DNA of 64,000 bases from Pseudorhodoplanes sp. (GTDB lineage Bacteria; Pseudomonadota; Alphaproteobacteria; Rhizobiales; Xanthobacteraceae): NCBI GenBank assembly GCA_013388965.1, contig JACAEG010000079.1, forward strand, positions 1,292 to 65,291. The letters run 5' to 3'. This document shows positions 19,785 to 29,781 of this stretch, in pieces. The position numbers and the translations under genes are program-made. Each line of letters starts with the position of its first letter. Position 1 is the stretch's first letter. The notes under the pieces were generated by a model, which worked only from the letters and a program-made list of their open reading frames with translations, had not been told where the DNA came from and did no database searches.

Positions 19785-20666
19785 ATGCAGGCAATGGATA
19801 CCCTTTTCTGTTTCGGGCCCGGCTATAGCGCCCAGGCCTATTTTGCCGAGTTCGGCGGCCGGTTCTCGCGAATCGCGGCAACGACCCGGGCAACCCATGT
19901 CCGAAATCCGCCGGGGGCTCCATCGATTGTCCGGACAATTCCGTTCACAGCGCTGTCCCCGTCTCGCGATATTCTGGACGCCATAGCCGCCGCAGACTGC
20001 CTGCTGGTCTCGATTCCTCCCGGTCCGGACAACGACCCGGTCCTCGCCGCCTGCGCGGATGCGATTGCCGCATCCCCTCGTCTGCGCTCGATCGTTTATT
20101 TGTCAACCGTCGGCGTTTACGGCGATCATGCGGGAGCATGGGTCGACGAGACCAGCGCCTTGCGCGCGCAGAATGCGCGTTCGCGGACAAGAGCGGATGC
20201 GGAAGCACGCTGGCGGGATCTGTCGGCGGCCGCCGGGAAACCGCTCGCAATTCTGCGGCTGGCGGGAATCTACGGCCCCGGGCGCAATGCCATTGCCGGG
20301 ATTCGTGCCGGCACAGCACGCCGCATCGTCAAGCCCGGCCAGATCTTCAATCGCATTCACGTTGCCGACGTCGCGCGTGCGATCGACGGCGCCTTTGCAC
20401 GGCGGGCCGACGGCGTCTTCAATGTCTGTGACGACGAGCCCTGCCCACCGCAGGATGTGATCGCCTATGCGGCAGCTCTGCTCCGAGTTCCCCCTCCGCC
20501 AGAAATCAGCTTCGACGATGCCAAGGCTGCGATGTCCGACATGGGACGCAGCTTTTACGACGAATGCAAACGCGTGCGTAACGACAAGATCAAGCGCGAT
20601 CTGGAATTCGCGCTACGATATCCCAGTTACCGCGAAGGACTTCGCTCGTTGTTGCGCGATGGGTGA
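19785..20666 (+). CDS. NAD-dependent epimerase/dehydratase (atypical SDR)
   Basis: FGPGYSA, YLSTVGVYGD, LRLAGIYGPGR and FNRIHVAD motifs. Confidence 0.85.
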   Translation: MQAMDTLFCFGPGYSAQAYFAEFGGRFSRIAATTRATHVRNPPGAPSIVRTIPFTALSPSRDILDAIAAADCLLVSIPPGPDNDPVLAACADAIAASPRLRSIVYLSTVGVYGDHAGAWVDETSALRAQNARSRTRADAEARWRDLSAAAGKPLAILRLAGIYGPGRNAIAGIRAGTARRIVKPGQIFNRIHVADVARAIDGAFARRADGVFNVCDDEPCPPQDVIAYAAALLRVPPPPEISFDDAKAAMSDMGRSFYDECKRVRNDKIKRDLEFALRYPSYREGLRSLLRDG

Positions 20667-20739
20667 CAATGCCTTCGCGACGGCCCCACGCATGCCGCGG
20701 GTCGCGCGAACCGTTGGTCCGCTGACGATCCCTGCCTCG

Positions 20740-21696
20740 TCAGGTCAGGGAATTGGGAGGGCGGTTACCCGCCTGGAAAGCCTCGATTTGCTGGACGACC
20801 TGATTCCACAGCGTCTGCATCGCCTCGCTGCTGGCCCACGCGACATGGGGCGTCACGATCACGTTGGGACGATTGAGGACCTTCAGCAACGGATTGTCGC
20901 TTGCCGGCGGCTCTGACGTGAGGCAGTCGAAACCGAAGCCCGCAATCTGTCCGCGGTCGAGAGCGTCGACAAGGGCGGCCTCGTTGACCAGGCCGCCGCG
21001 CCCGCAGTTGATCAATAGCGGCCGCTTCTTCATCCTGGCGAATTCCGGCGCACCGATGGTGTCGCGTGTTGCGGCCGTCAGCGGACAATGCAGGGTTATG
21101 ACGTCGGCACTGGCCAAAACCTCGTCGAATGGCGTGTAGAGCGGCCCAAGCCCCTGGACATTCTTGTGCGCGGCAAACAGCGTGCGCATGCCGAATGCCT
21201 GCCCGAGCCGCGCGACACTCTGACCGATGACGCCCTCCCCGATGATGCCGAGGGTCGAGCCGGCAAGATCGTTGATCGGGTGAGAGAAGAAGCAGAACTG
21301 GCCGGCTTCCTGCCAGCGCCCGTCGATCACATCCTGCCGGAACCCGATGAGCCCGCGTCGAAGCGCCAGGATCAACGCAAAAGTGTGCTCGGGCACGGTG
21401 TTGATCGCATAGCCCCGCACATTCGCGACCGCTATTCCGCGCTCCGCGCATGCATCGACATCGAATGCATCGTAGCCCGTGGCGGGAATCGCGATCATGC
21501 GCAGATCGGGCAGCTGCTCGATCGCGTTGCGCCGGATCGGAACCTTGTTGCTGATGGCGATCTGCGCGCCCTTGAGCCGCTCCGTCACCTGATCCGCGCG
21601 TGTGCGATCGTACTCGATCCAGTCGTGCGGAAACGCCGGTCTCCTGAGAATCACCGACGGACCGATGGTGGAACGGTCTAGAAAGACTATGCGCAT
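20740..21696 (-). CDS. hprA: Hydroxypyruvate reductase / glycerate dehydrogenase
   Basis: MRIVFLDRST, ISNKVP, GIIGEGVIG, LHCPLT, INCGRGGLV and TPHVAWAS motifs; adjacent to sgaA. Confidence 0.8.
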   Translation of the reverse strand: MRIVFLDRSTIGPSVILRRPAFPHDWIEYDRTRADQVTERLKGAQIAISNKVPIRRNAIEQLPDLRMIAIPATGYDAFDVDACAERGIAVANVRGYAINTVPEHTFALILALRRGLIGFRQDVIDGRWQEAGQFCFFSHPINDLAGSTLGIIGEGVIGQSVARLGQAFGMRTLFAAHKNVQGLGPLYTPFDEVLASADVITLHCPLTAATRDTIGAPEFARMKKRPLLINCGRGGLVNEAALVDALDRGQIAGFGFDCLTSEPPASDNPLLKVLNRPNVIVTPHVAWASSEAMQTLWNQVVQQIEAFQAGNRPPNSLT

Positions 21697-21779
21697 GCCG
21701 CCATCAACCCGCGCTGGCGAAGGAACATCGAGCGCCCGGCACGCACCGCAGGTCGCCCTGGGACGCCGAACCGGACTGC

Positions 21780-22970
21780 CTATTCTGCGGCAATTCGCAT
21801 GGCTTCTCCAGTCTGCGACAGATGCATCACCGCAGCGCCTACCCCGGCGCCAGGCTGGAACGGGATGCCGGCATCGCGCATGGCAAGCTCGGCGCCACCG
21901 AGCGCCTGAAGCACCATGAGCTCGTTCAACCAACCGAGATGGCCGATGCGGAACACCTTGCCGGCGACCTTGTTCAGGCCCGCGCCGAGCGAAAGCTCAT
22001 AGCGGGAATAGGCGATCCGGATCACGTCGCCAGCGTCGAAGCCATCGGGAACGACGATTGCCGTCACCGTGTCGGAGAACCATTCCGGGCTCTTGGCGCA
22101 ATTGCGCAGACCCCACGCATCGACGGCAGCGCGCACGGCACCGGCCAGGCGACGGTGGCGCGCGAAGACATTCTCCAGTCCCTCCTCGAGCAGCATGTCG
22201 ACCGAGGCGCGCAAACCGCGCAGGAGCGTTGCGGCCGGCGTATAGGGGAAATATCCCTGATCGTTCGCCTTGACCATGTCGCGAAAATCGAAAAAGCAGC
22301 GTGGAAGTCTTGCTGCCTTGCCGGCTTCCAGCGCCTTTTCGCTGACACAGACGATCGCGAGCCCCGTCGGAAGCATGAATCCCTTCTGCGAGCCGGCAAC
22401 CGCGACATCGACTCCCCACTCGTCCATCCGGAAATCGATCGAGGCGATCGAGCTCACGCCATCGACGAATAGCAGCGCAGGGTGGCCAAGGTCGTCGAGG
22501 ATGCGCCGCACCCCTGCAACGTCGGACGTTACGCCTGTCGCGGTTTCGTTCTGCGTCACCAGCACGGCCTTGATGGCATGGCGCTTGTCGGCTTCAAGCC
22601 GCGCGCGATACTGATCGAGCGGCACACCCTTGCCCCACTCGACATCGATGGCGTCGACATCCAGCCCGAAGCGCTGGCAGAGATCGACCCACAGTAGCGA
22701 AAACTGGCCGAACACCGAGCCGAGGACCTTGTCGCCCGGAGACAGTGTATTGGCGATCGCGGCCTCCCAGCCGCCGGTGCCCGAGCCGGGAAAGAGAAAC
22801 ACCCGGCCCGTGTCGGTCTTGAACACCTTTTTCAGGTCGGCAAAGAGCGGGAGCGTGAATTGCGGAAAGTCGGGCGCGCGATGATCCTCGAGCGCGACAT
22901 CCATCGCCTGCCGAATGCGGAAAGGCAGATTGGTGGGTCCGGGAACGGCCATTCCCTTGAAGCCAGGCAT
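21780..22970 (-). CDS. sgaA: Serine:glyoxylate aminotransferase (class V PLP)
   Basis: VPGPTN, EDHRAP, GTGGWEAA, GQFSLLW, NETATGV and GSQKG (PLP lysine) motifs. Confidence 0.85.
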   Translation of the reverse strand: MPGFKGMAVPGPTNLPFRIRQAMDVALEDHRAPDFPQFTLPLFADLKKVFKTDTGRVFLFPGSGTGGWEAAIANTLSPGDKVLGSVFGQFSLLWVDLCQRFGLDVDAIDVEWGKGVPLDQYRARLEADKRHAIKAVLVTQNETATGVTSDVAGVRRILDDLGHPALLFVDGVSSIASIDFRMDEWGVDVAVAGSQKGFMLPTGLAIVCVSEKALEAGKAARLPRCFFDFRDMVKANDQGYFPYTPAATLLRGLRASVDMLLEEGLENVFARHRRLAGAVRAAVDAWGLRNCAKSPEWFSDTVTAIVVPDGFDAGDVIRIAYSRYELSLGAGLNKVAGKVFRIGHLGWLNELMVLQALGGAELAMRDAGIPFQPGAGVGAAVMHLSQTGEAMRIAAE

Positions 22971-23001
22971 TTTCAGAATCTCCCTTGCGTGTCCCGCTGT
23001 C

Positions 23002-24321
23002 CTAAATCTGCGAGTAGATCGGAAAGGCGCGGCACAATGCGATGGCGCGCGATTTCACGGCCTCCTCGACGGCGGAATTGCCGTCGGGTCCGTTCTTCGC
23101 CAGCCCATCGAGCACGATCGTGATCATGTCCCCGATCTGCTCGAACTCGGCGGCGCCGAAGCCGCGCGTCGTGCCGGCCGGCGACCCGACGCGGATGCCG
23201 GAGGTAATGGTCGGCTTCTCCGTATCGAACGGCACTCCGTTCTTGTTGCAGGTGATATGCGCTCGGCCGAGCGCCTGCTCGGCAAGATTGCCCTTCAGCC
23301 CCTTGGGCCGCAGATCCACCAGCGCCAGATGCGTGTCGGTTCCGCCGGAGACGATCTCGAATCCGGCGCGGTTGAGACGCGACGCGAGAGTGCGGGCATT
23401 GGCGACGACAGCTTCGATATAATCCTTGAAATCCGGCCGCAGCGCCTCGCCGAAGGCGACGGCCTTTGCGGCAATGACGTGCATCAGCGGTCCGCCCTGA
23501 AGCCCTGGAAAGATCGCCGCGTTGAGCTTCTTCGCCAGCGCTTCGTCGTTCGTCAGGATCAGCCCGCCGCGCGGACCGCGCAATGTCTTGTGGGTCGTGG
23601 TCGTCGCGACATGCGCATGCGGAAAGGGGCTCGGATGCAAGCCAGCCGCGACAAGCCCGGCGAAATGGGCCATATCGACCATGAAGGTCGCACCGACCTC
23701 GTCCGCAATCGCACGAAAGGCGGAAAAGTCGATCTGGCGGGGATAGGCCGATCCCCCGGCAATGATGATGCGCGGCCGGTGCTCGCGGGCGAGCGCCGCC
23801 ACCTGGTCCATGTCGATGCGATGGTCCGACCGGCGCAGACCATAGGCGACCGCCTTGAACCATTTCCCCGAAAGATTCGGCGCCGCCCCATGCGTCAGAT
23901 GCCCGCCTGCATCGAGACCCATCCCGAGGATGGTGTCGCCCGGCTTCGCGACAGCAAGGAAAACCGCCTGGTTAGCCTGGCTGCCCGAATGCGGCTGCAC
24001 ATTTGCGAAGGCGCAGGAAAAGATCTGGCAAGCGCGGTCGATCGCGAGCTGTTCGGCCACATCGACATACTGACAGCCGCCGTAATAGCGCTTGCCCGGA
24101 TAGCCCTCCGCATACTTGTTGGTCAGCACCGAACCCGCAGCATCGAGAACGGCGCGGCTGACGATGTTCTCCGAGGCGATCAGCTCGATCTCGTCGCGCT
24201 GCCGGCCGAGTTCGTCGGACAGCGCCTGTGCAACGGCGGGATCGGTCGCAGCGACATGCGCGGAGAAGAATGCATCCGCAATCGGCTTGTTCGTCCTGAG
24301 AACTTTCAGCTGTGCTTCCAC
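23002..24321 (-). CDS. glyA: Serine hydroxymethyltransferase
   Basis: [24 protein letters not shown] and [13 protein letters not shown] motifs. GTG start at 24321 (or 24324). Confidence 0.96.
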   Translation of the reverse strand: MEAQLKVLRTNKPIADAFFSAHVAATDPAVAQALSDELGRQRDEIELIASENIVSRAVLDAAGSVLTNKYAEGYPGKRYYGGCQYVDVAEQLAIDRACQIFSCAFANVQPHSGSQANQAVFLAVAKPGDTILGMGLDAGGHLTHGAAPNLSGKWFKAVAYGLRRSDHRIDMDQVAALAREHRPRIIIAGGSAYPRQIDFSAFRAIADEVGATFMVDMAHFAGLVAAGLHPSPFPHAHVATTTTHKTLRGPRGGLILTNDEALAKKLNAAIFPGLQGGPLMHVIAAKAVAFGEALRPDFKDYIEAVVANARTLASRLNRAGFEIVSGGTDTHLALVDLRPKGLKGNLAEQALGRAHITCNKNGVPFDTEKPTITSGIRVGSPAGTTRGFGAAEFEQIGDMITIVLDGLAKNGPDGNSAVEEAVKSRAIALCRAFPIYSQI

Positions 24322-24361
24322 CACACGTCCCCGCTTGAAGGTGACAAGAATGAAGATGCAG

Positions 24362-25414
24362 TCAGGCCGCGCGGATCCGACCGCCGGCGAGCTTCGCGTC
24401 GAGCAAGGCAATGACGCGATCGATCTCCCGATGCGCGATGCCGTATTGGCGGCCGACAATCTGGACGAGATGGTCGACACGTTCGATCACGGTTGCGCCG
24501 GCCGCCACGGCCCGGGCCGCGGATGACGGCTTGGAAAGCTGCTCGGCGGCGGCCGCGTATTTGTCGAAGGGAACGAGATCGTCGCGATGGGCCCCGATCC
24601 GGAGCGCGATCGCCTCGACGCAGCCATAGACCTCGCGCGACAGATCGAGATCGCCGTGGACGGCGTCACGGATCGAGATCGGCTCTCCGGCGGTCACGCA
24701 GCGATAATTCCCGGTCAGCAGCATCGGCCACTTGGCGAACGGCACGAACGGCGATTTGTGAACGCGGAGCTTGACCGGCACTTCGAGGCCGTCGAGCCGC
24801 ACGGCATCGATATCGCTTTCGAGCGTCGCAAGAATCCGGTTGTGGCGCGCGCGGCCGAACTCGGCCGCCTTGAAATTTGTCGGCAGGCCGACATGCAGCA
24901 CGTTCGGCGGCTCGTCGGCCGGGCGGAATGCCTGCGGGTCCGGCGAGCAGAGGGACATGAGGTCGGGCTCGAACCGATCCCATATGCGCGGATTGGCGCA
25001 GGCTGCTTCCGCTGCGGCCGCGTTGATGGTTGCGATCCGCTTGAGGTAAGGCAGCGGCGGCATGTTCATGAGCGAGAGGCAGGGAATGCGCGCCTCCGCG
25101 ATCCTCGTCAGCAGCAGCCTGATCGCGTGGTCGGAATACTGAGGCTCCTGCATCGCGAGCACGGCAAGTTCGTATCCGGCCGGGTCGATCTTCTCCGGCG
25201 CCGCCGCATCGAGCCGGCCGGGAAGATCGGTCGAGCGGATCGTCCGGTGCCGCTCTTCGCCTTTCAGGCGCAGCCGCAGATCAGTTCCGCTGCGATTGAT
25301 CAGTTCGGCCGTCGATGCACGGCAAACCAATGTGACGTCGTGCCCGGCCATCAGGCATTTGGTGCCGAACAGCGACCCGTAGGACGCACCAAGGATCAAA
25401 ATCCTGTAGGCCAC
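24362..25414 (-). CDS. Uncharacterised NAD(P)-binding protein, ketopantoate-reductase-like N-terminus
   Basis: Rossmann-like [13 protein letters not shown]...GHDVTLVCR; AGGAGG RBS before a GTG start; first gene of the glyA-sgaA-hprA run. Confidence 0.7.
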   Translation of the reverse strand: MAYRILILGASYGSLFGTKCLMAGHDVTLVCRASTAELINRSGTDLRLRLKGEERHRTIRSTDLPGRLDAAAPEKIDPAGYELAVLAMQEPQYSDHAIRLLLTRIAEARIPCLSLMNMPPLPYLKRIATINAAAAEAACANPRIWDRFEPDLMSLCSPDPQAFRPADEPPNVLHVGLPTNFKAAEFGRARHNRILATLESDIDAVRLDGLEVPVKLRVHKSPFVPFAKWPMLLTGNYRCVTAGEPISIRDAVHGDLDLSREVYGCVEAIALRIGAHRDDLVPFDKYAAAAEQLSKPSSAARAVAAGATVIERVDHLVQIVGRQYGIAHREIDRVIALLDAKLAGGRIRAA

Positions 25415-25570
25415 GGCTTTCCTCCTGCTGGGGCCGATTCCGTTTGCGGTCGGCGCTCGTTGATGGGGAGGTAGCAGCGGATTCGGACCAGAGCATTCAA
25501 TTACGGGTCAATGTGTTGTATGTTACTAAACATAGTGGCCAAATATGTAATGTTGTAATATACGGTTCGA

Positions 25571-26977
25571 ATGGCGAAAACCTTTGTAGGCCCGCAACTC
25601 AGGCAGCTCCGGCGCGAGCGGAATCAAACCCAGGCCGAGATGGCCAAGGTTCTGGGCGTGAGTGCGGGCTACATCAACCTGCTCGAGAACAACCAGCGGA
25701 GCCTGTCCATCCGGCTCCTGATGGCGCTTGCGGATGCCTATCAGGTGGACTGGCGCCATCTCGTGCGCGACGAGGCGTCAAACCTTCTGGCGCAGCTACG
25801 GACCGCGATCCGCGATCCCATGTTTCCCGGCCCGGCGCCCGATCTGCAGGAATTGCGGGCCGCGATCGACCATGCGCCGCGGCTCGTCGAGCAGTTTCTC
25901 GATCTTTACGGCATTCATCGCACGACGCTCGACCGCATCATGCGGCAAGGCGCGGCCGGCATACCTGAGGGATTGCTGGCATCGTCCGCCGAAGCCGTCA
26001 TCCACGACTTCTTTCGCGGCCACTCGAACTATTTTCATGCGCTCGAGATCGCCGCCGAGACATTGCGCGCCAGCGAACCCTGCGAAACCGACGACATTTA
26101 CGCAATGCTGAAGGCCAGGCTGTCCAACAAGCACGGCATCATCGTCCGCAGAAGGGCCGCCGAAGAGATGACCCAGGCGCTGCGCGTCTATGACCGGCAG
26201 GATCGCATCGTGCATTTGTCGGAGGCGATGGACCATTGCAATCAGGTCTTTCAGCTCGCGCATGTGCTCGGCCTCGTCGAATTGCAGGACCTGCTGGACA
26301 GCCTCACGGCGGAGAGCGGCATCACGCAAAAGACAAGCCTTGCGCGCTGCCAGGTCGAGCTCGCGAATTATTTCGCTGCCGCGTTCCTGATGCCCTACGA
26401 ACCGTTTCTGCAAACGGCGGAAAAATCCGCCTACGACATCGACCGGATCGCCATTCGCTTTGGCGTTTCCTTCGAGCAGGCCTGCCACCGGCTGACCACG
26501 CTGCAGCGGCCCGGCGCGCAGGGCGTTCCGTTCTTCTTTCTGCGCGTCGACAAGGCCGGCAACGTCACCAAGCGTTTCAACTCGACCTCCTTCCATCTCG
26601 CGGAATATGGCGGCGCGTGCCCGGTCTGGAAGGTCCACATGGCGTTCCGGACTCCGGGTGTCATTATCCCGCAATTCGTGGAGCTTCCCGACGGCGACCG
26701 TTTCTTCACGATCAGCCGCACGGCGGACCGGCCCGCCATCAATCTCGAGACGCAGGATCATAGCCTTTCCATCGCGCTGGGATGCGAACTGCGTTATGCG
26801 AAGAAGATCGGCTACGCAGTGTCCTACAACCTCGATGACCCCCGCATGTTCAGCCCGATCGGCATCAATTGTCATTTGTGCCCGCGACAGGCCTGTTCGC
26901 AGCGCGCGCACCAGCCGGCATTCATGGAATTGCCGATCGACACCGCGCGTCGGGGCAACACGCGCTACGAAAGCTGA
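25571..26977 (+). CDS. XRE-family short-chain fatty acyl-CoA regulator (RamB/PccR/PrpR, ScfR family)
   Basis: N-terminal XRE HTH, ANYFAAAFLMPY, VSFEQACHRLTTLQRPG, RVDKAGN, GGACP and C-terminal CHLCPRQACSQRA. Confidence 0.9.
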   Translation: MAKTFVGPQLRQLRRERNQTQAEMAKVLGVSAGYINLLENNQRSLSIRLLMALADAYQVDWRHLVRDEASNLLAQLRTAIRDPMFPGPAPDLQELRAAIDHAPRLVEQFLDLYGIHRTTLDRIMRQGAAGIPEGLLASSAEAVIHDFFRGHSNYFHALEIAAETLRASEPCETDDIYAMLKARLSNKHGIIVRRRAAEEMTQALRVYDRQDRIVHLSEAMDHCNQVFQLAHVLGLVELQDLLDSLTAESGITQKTSLARCQVELANYFAAAFLMPYEPFLQTAEKSAYDIDRIAIRFGVSFEQACHRLTTLQRPGAQGVPFFFLRVDKAGNVTKRFNSTSFHLAEYGGACPVWKVHMAFRTPGVIIPQFVELPDGDRFFTISRTADRPAINLETQDHSLSIALGCELRYAKKIGYAVSYNLDDPRMFSPIGINCHLCPRQACSQRAHQPAFMELPIDTARRGNTRYES

Positions 26978-27046
26978 CGGAGAATTGCGATCGCGAAGCC
27001 CCGCATCCGACCGGCCTGCGTCTGCCAGCAAATGTCGGGGAAGCGT

Positions 27047-27123
<77 letters not shown>

Positions 27124-27232
27124 GCCGAGACCGCGCGAGAGGCGATGCGCCGGAAATGTCCGGAGCGGCTTGTCGACGCGGGGCGGATATAAGGAGTCCG
27201 GCAAAACGCTGTCAAGCAAAGCCGGTTTGCCG

Positions 27233-27580
27233 CTATTTCGGTCGCAGAGAGGGATCGCCGCCGGGGCTGCCGGGCGGCGGTATCACAGGTGTCCGGCCGG
27301 TGTCCGGCGCCGGCGCGCGGATGGCGGGATCGAGGTCCGGCGGCGGGCAGATCACGCCATCGGTGCGCGCGAGCTTGTCGCTCGTGCTTTCGCCGGTCGT
27401 GCCCTTGCTCTGCAATTCGTGGGTGTCGCCAAGCGTGAGCCGGTCTCGGTCGGCGCAGGCCTTCGGATCGAGCGTGGGCGGGGCCGTCTCGAGGGCCGGC
27501 CCGGGCTGTTGCGCCTGCGCCGACAAAGGCACGCTGAGCCCAAAGGCCAAACCGCACACAATCAGCATTTGTCGCGTCAT
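27233..27580 (-). CDS. Small secreted proline-rich protein
   Basis: Signal-peptide-like start (MLIVCGLAFGLSVPLSAQA), GVICPP and PVIPPPGSPGGDP. Confidence 0.7.
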   Translation of the reverse strand: MTRQMLIVCGLAFGLSVPLSAQAQQPGPALETAPPTLDPKACADRDRLTLGDTHELQSKGTTGESTSDKLARTDGVICPPPDLDPAIRAPAPDTGRTPVIPPPGSPGGDPSLRPK

Positions 27581-27605
27581 CGCGCTGCTCCCGATCACAG
27601 GGGAT

Positions 27606-27630
27606 AACGGCGCGCAGCCGCGCGAGTTCC
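27606..27630 (-). promoter_or_regulatory. EcfG (general stress sigma)-type promoter
   Basis: GGAAC-N16-CGTT on the minus strand, just upstream of the 27580 gene. Confidence 0.6.
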
Positions 27631-27640
27631 GCGTGCGGCT

Positions 27641-28288
27641 TCAGGCCGCGATCTGCTTGCCGAAGCGGATCAGCGAGAAATGCCCGAGCGGCGGCATCGG
27701 CCGCTTCTCGATCACCCGCATGCCGGGCCGCCTGTCGATCCAGCGTGCGAGCCGCGCCCAGGCGAATTCCGGCCGCCAGCCGAGCCTGCGCGCCACCGGC
27801 GCAAAACCTCTCTCGAAGGTGCGGCGAAAGCCCGCTTCCGCGCCGATGTGATTGACGAGAATGATCTCGCCCCCGGGCTTCAGCACGCGCGCGAATTCGT
27901 CGAGGGCCGCTTCCGGGTCTGGCACGGCGGTAATGACATATTGCGCCACCACGACGTCGAAGAAATTGTCGGGGAAGGCGAGATGCGCGACATCCATCAC
28001 GGAGAGCACATCGACATTGGTCAGGCTGTGCGCGCGCACGCGCTGCCTTGCCTTGCGCAGCATCGGCTCCGAAATGTCGATGCCGACCAGCCTGTTCTTG
28101 CGCGCATAGTCGGGCAGCGAGATGCCGGTGCCGACGCCGACCTCGAGGATGCGTCCGCCGATGCGTTCCGCCGCCGCGATCGAGGCCTTGCGGCCCGCTT
28201 CGAATACCTTGCCGAATACGATGTCGTAGACCGGCGCCCAGCGCGCATAGGCCTTTTCGATCGTGCCACGGTCGAGCTCCGCCGCCAT
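27641..28288 (-). CDS. pmtA: Phosphatidylethanolamine N-methyltransferase (Rhodobacter PmtA type)
   Basis: AYARWAPVYD, ILEVGVGTG and VLKPGGEI motifs. Confidence 0.7.
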   Translation of the reverse strand: MAAELDRGTIEKAYARWAPVYDIVFGKVFEAGRKASIAAAERIGGRILEVGVGTGISLPDYARKNRLVGIDISEPMLRKARQRVRAHSLTNVDVLSVMDVAHLAFPDNFFDVVVAQYVITAVPDPEAALDEFARVLKPGGEIILVNHIGAEAGFRRTFERGFAPVARRLGWRPEFAWARLARWIDRRPGMRVIEKRPMPPLGHFSLIRFGKQIAA

Positions 28289-28336
28289 CTCCCCCACCGC
28301 CCCGTTCTCCCTCCCTTTGCGGGAGTACTCTTGTCT

Positions 28337-29521
<1,185 letters not shown>

Positions 29522-29632
29522 TGCCCTGTCGCTTGGAAAGGCGCGGCCAGTGTCCCTTCGGGCCACTGACGCCCCGCTTATCTATAGGCGCTTGCCGCGC
29601 TTGCCAATTGCGCCTGGTCAAATCCGCGCGGT

Positions 29633-29647
29633 CGGCAAATCTTGCCG
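29633..29647. promoter_or_regulatory. ftr element (FlbD enhancer)
   Basis: Palindrome CGGCAAATCTTGCCG about 85 bp upstream of a sigma54 promoter. Confidence 0.7.
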
Positions 29648-29731
29648 CAGGCACGCGGCAAGGCATGCTCGGCCGCGCGGATGCGCGCTTTGGAAACGCT
29701 GAAAACAAAGCCTTTTCGGAGGCAGGCGCGC

Positions 29732-29747
29732 TGGCGCGGCGCTTGCA
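29732..29747 (+). promoter_or_regulatory. Sigma54 (-24/-12) promoter of fliK-flgD
   Basis: TGGCGCGGCGCTTGCA (GG-N10-GC). Confidence 0.7.
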
Positions 29748-29781
29748 CCGGCCTCGGCGGACCATTGCAGAGGTTGCCGCC

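Noticed and set aside
21780-22970. BhcA (beta-hydroxyaspartate cycle) assignment
   Set aside because: No bhcB/C/D neighbours; the glyA and hprA context favours SgaA, although substrate specificity is untested.
25415-25500. Glycine or THF riboswitch upstream of the glyA operon
   Set aside because: No recognisable aptamer consensus by eye; an Rfam scan would settle it.
25500-25570. Possible PpsR site before the serine/glyoxylate operon
   Set aside because: TGT and ACA triplets are present, but none are spaced by 12 nt.
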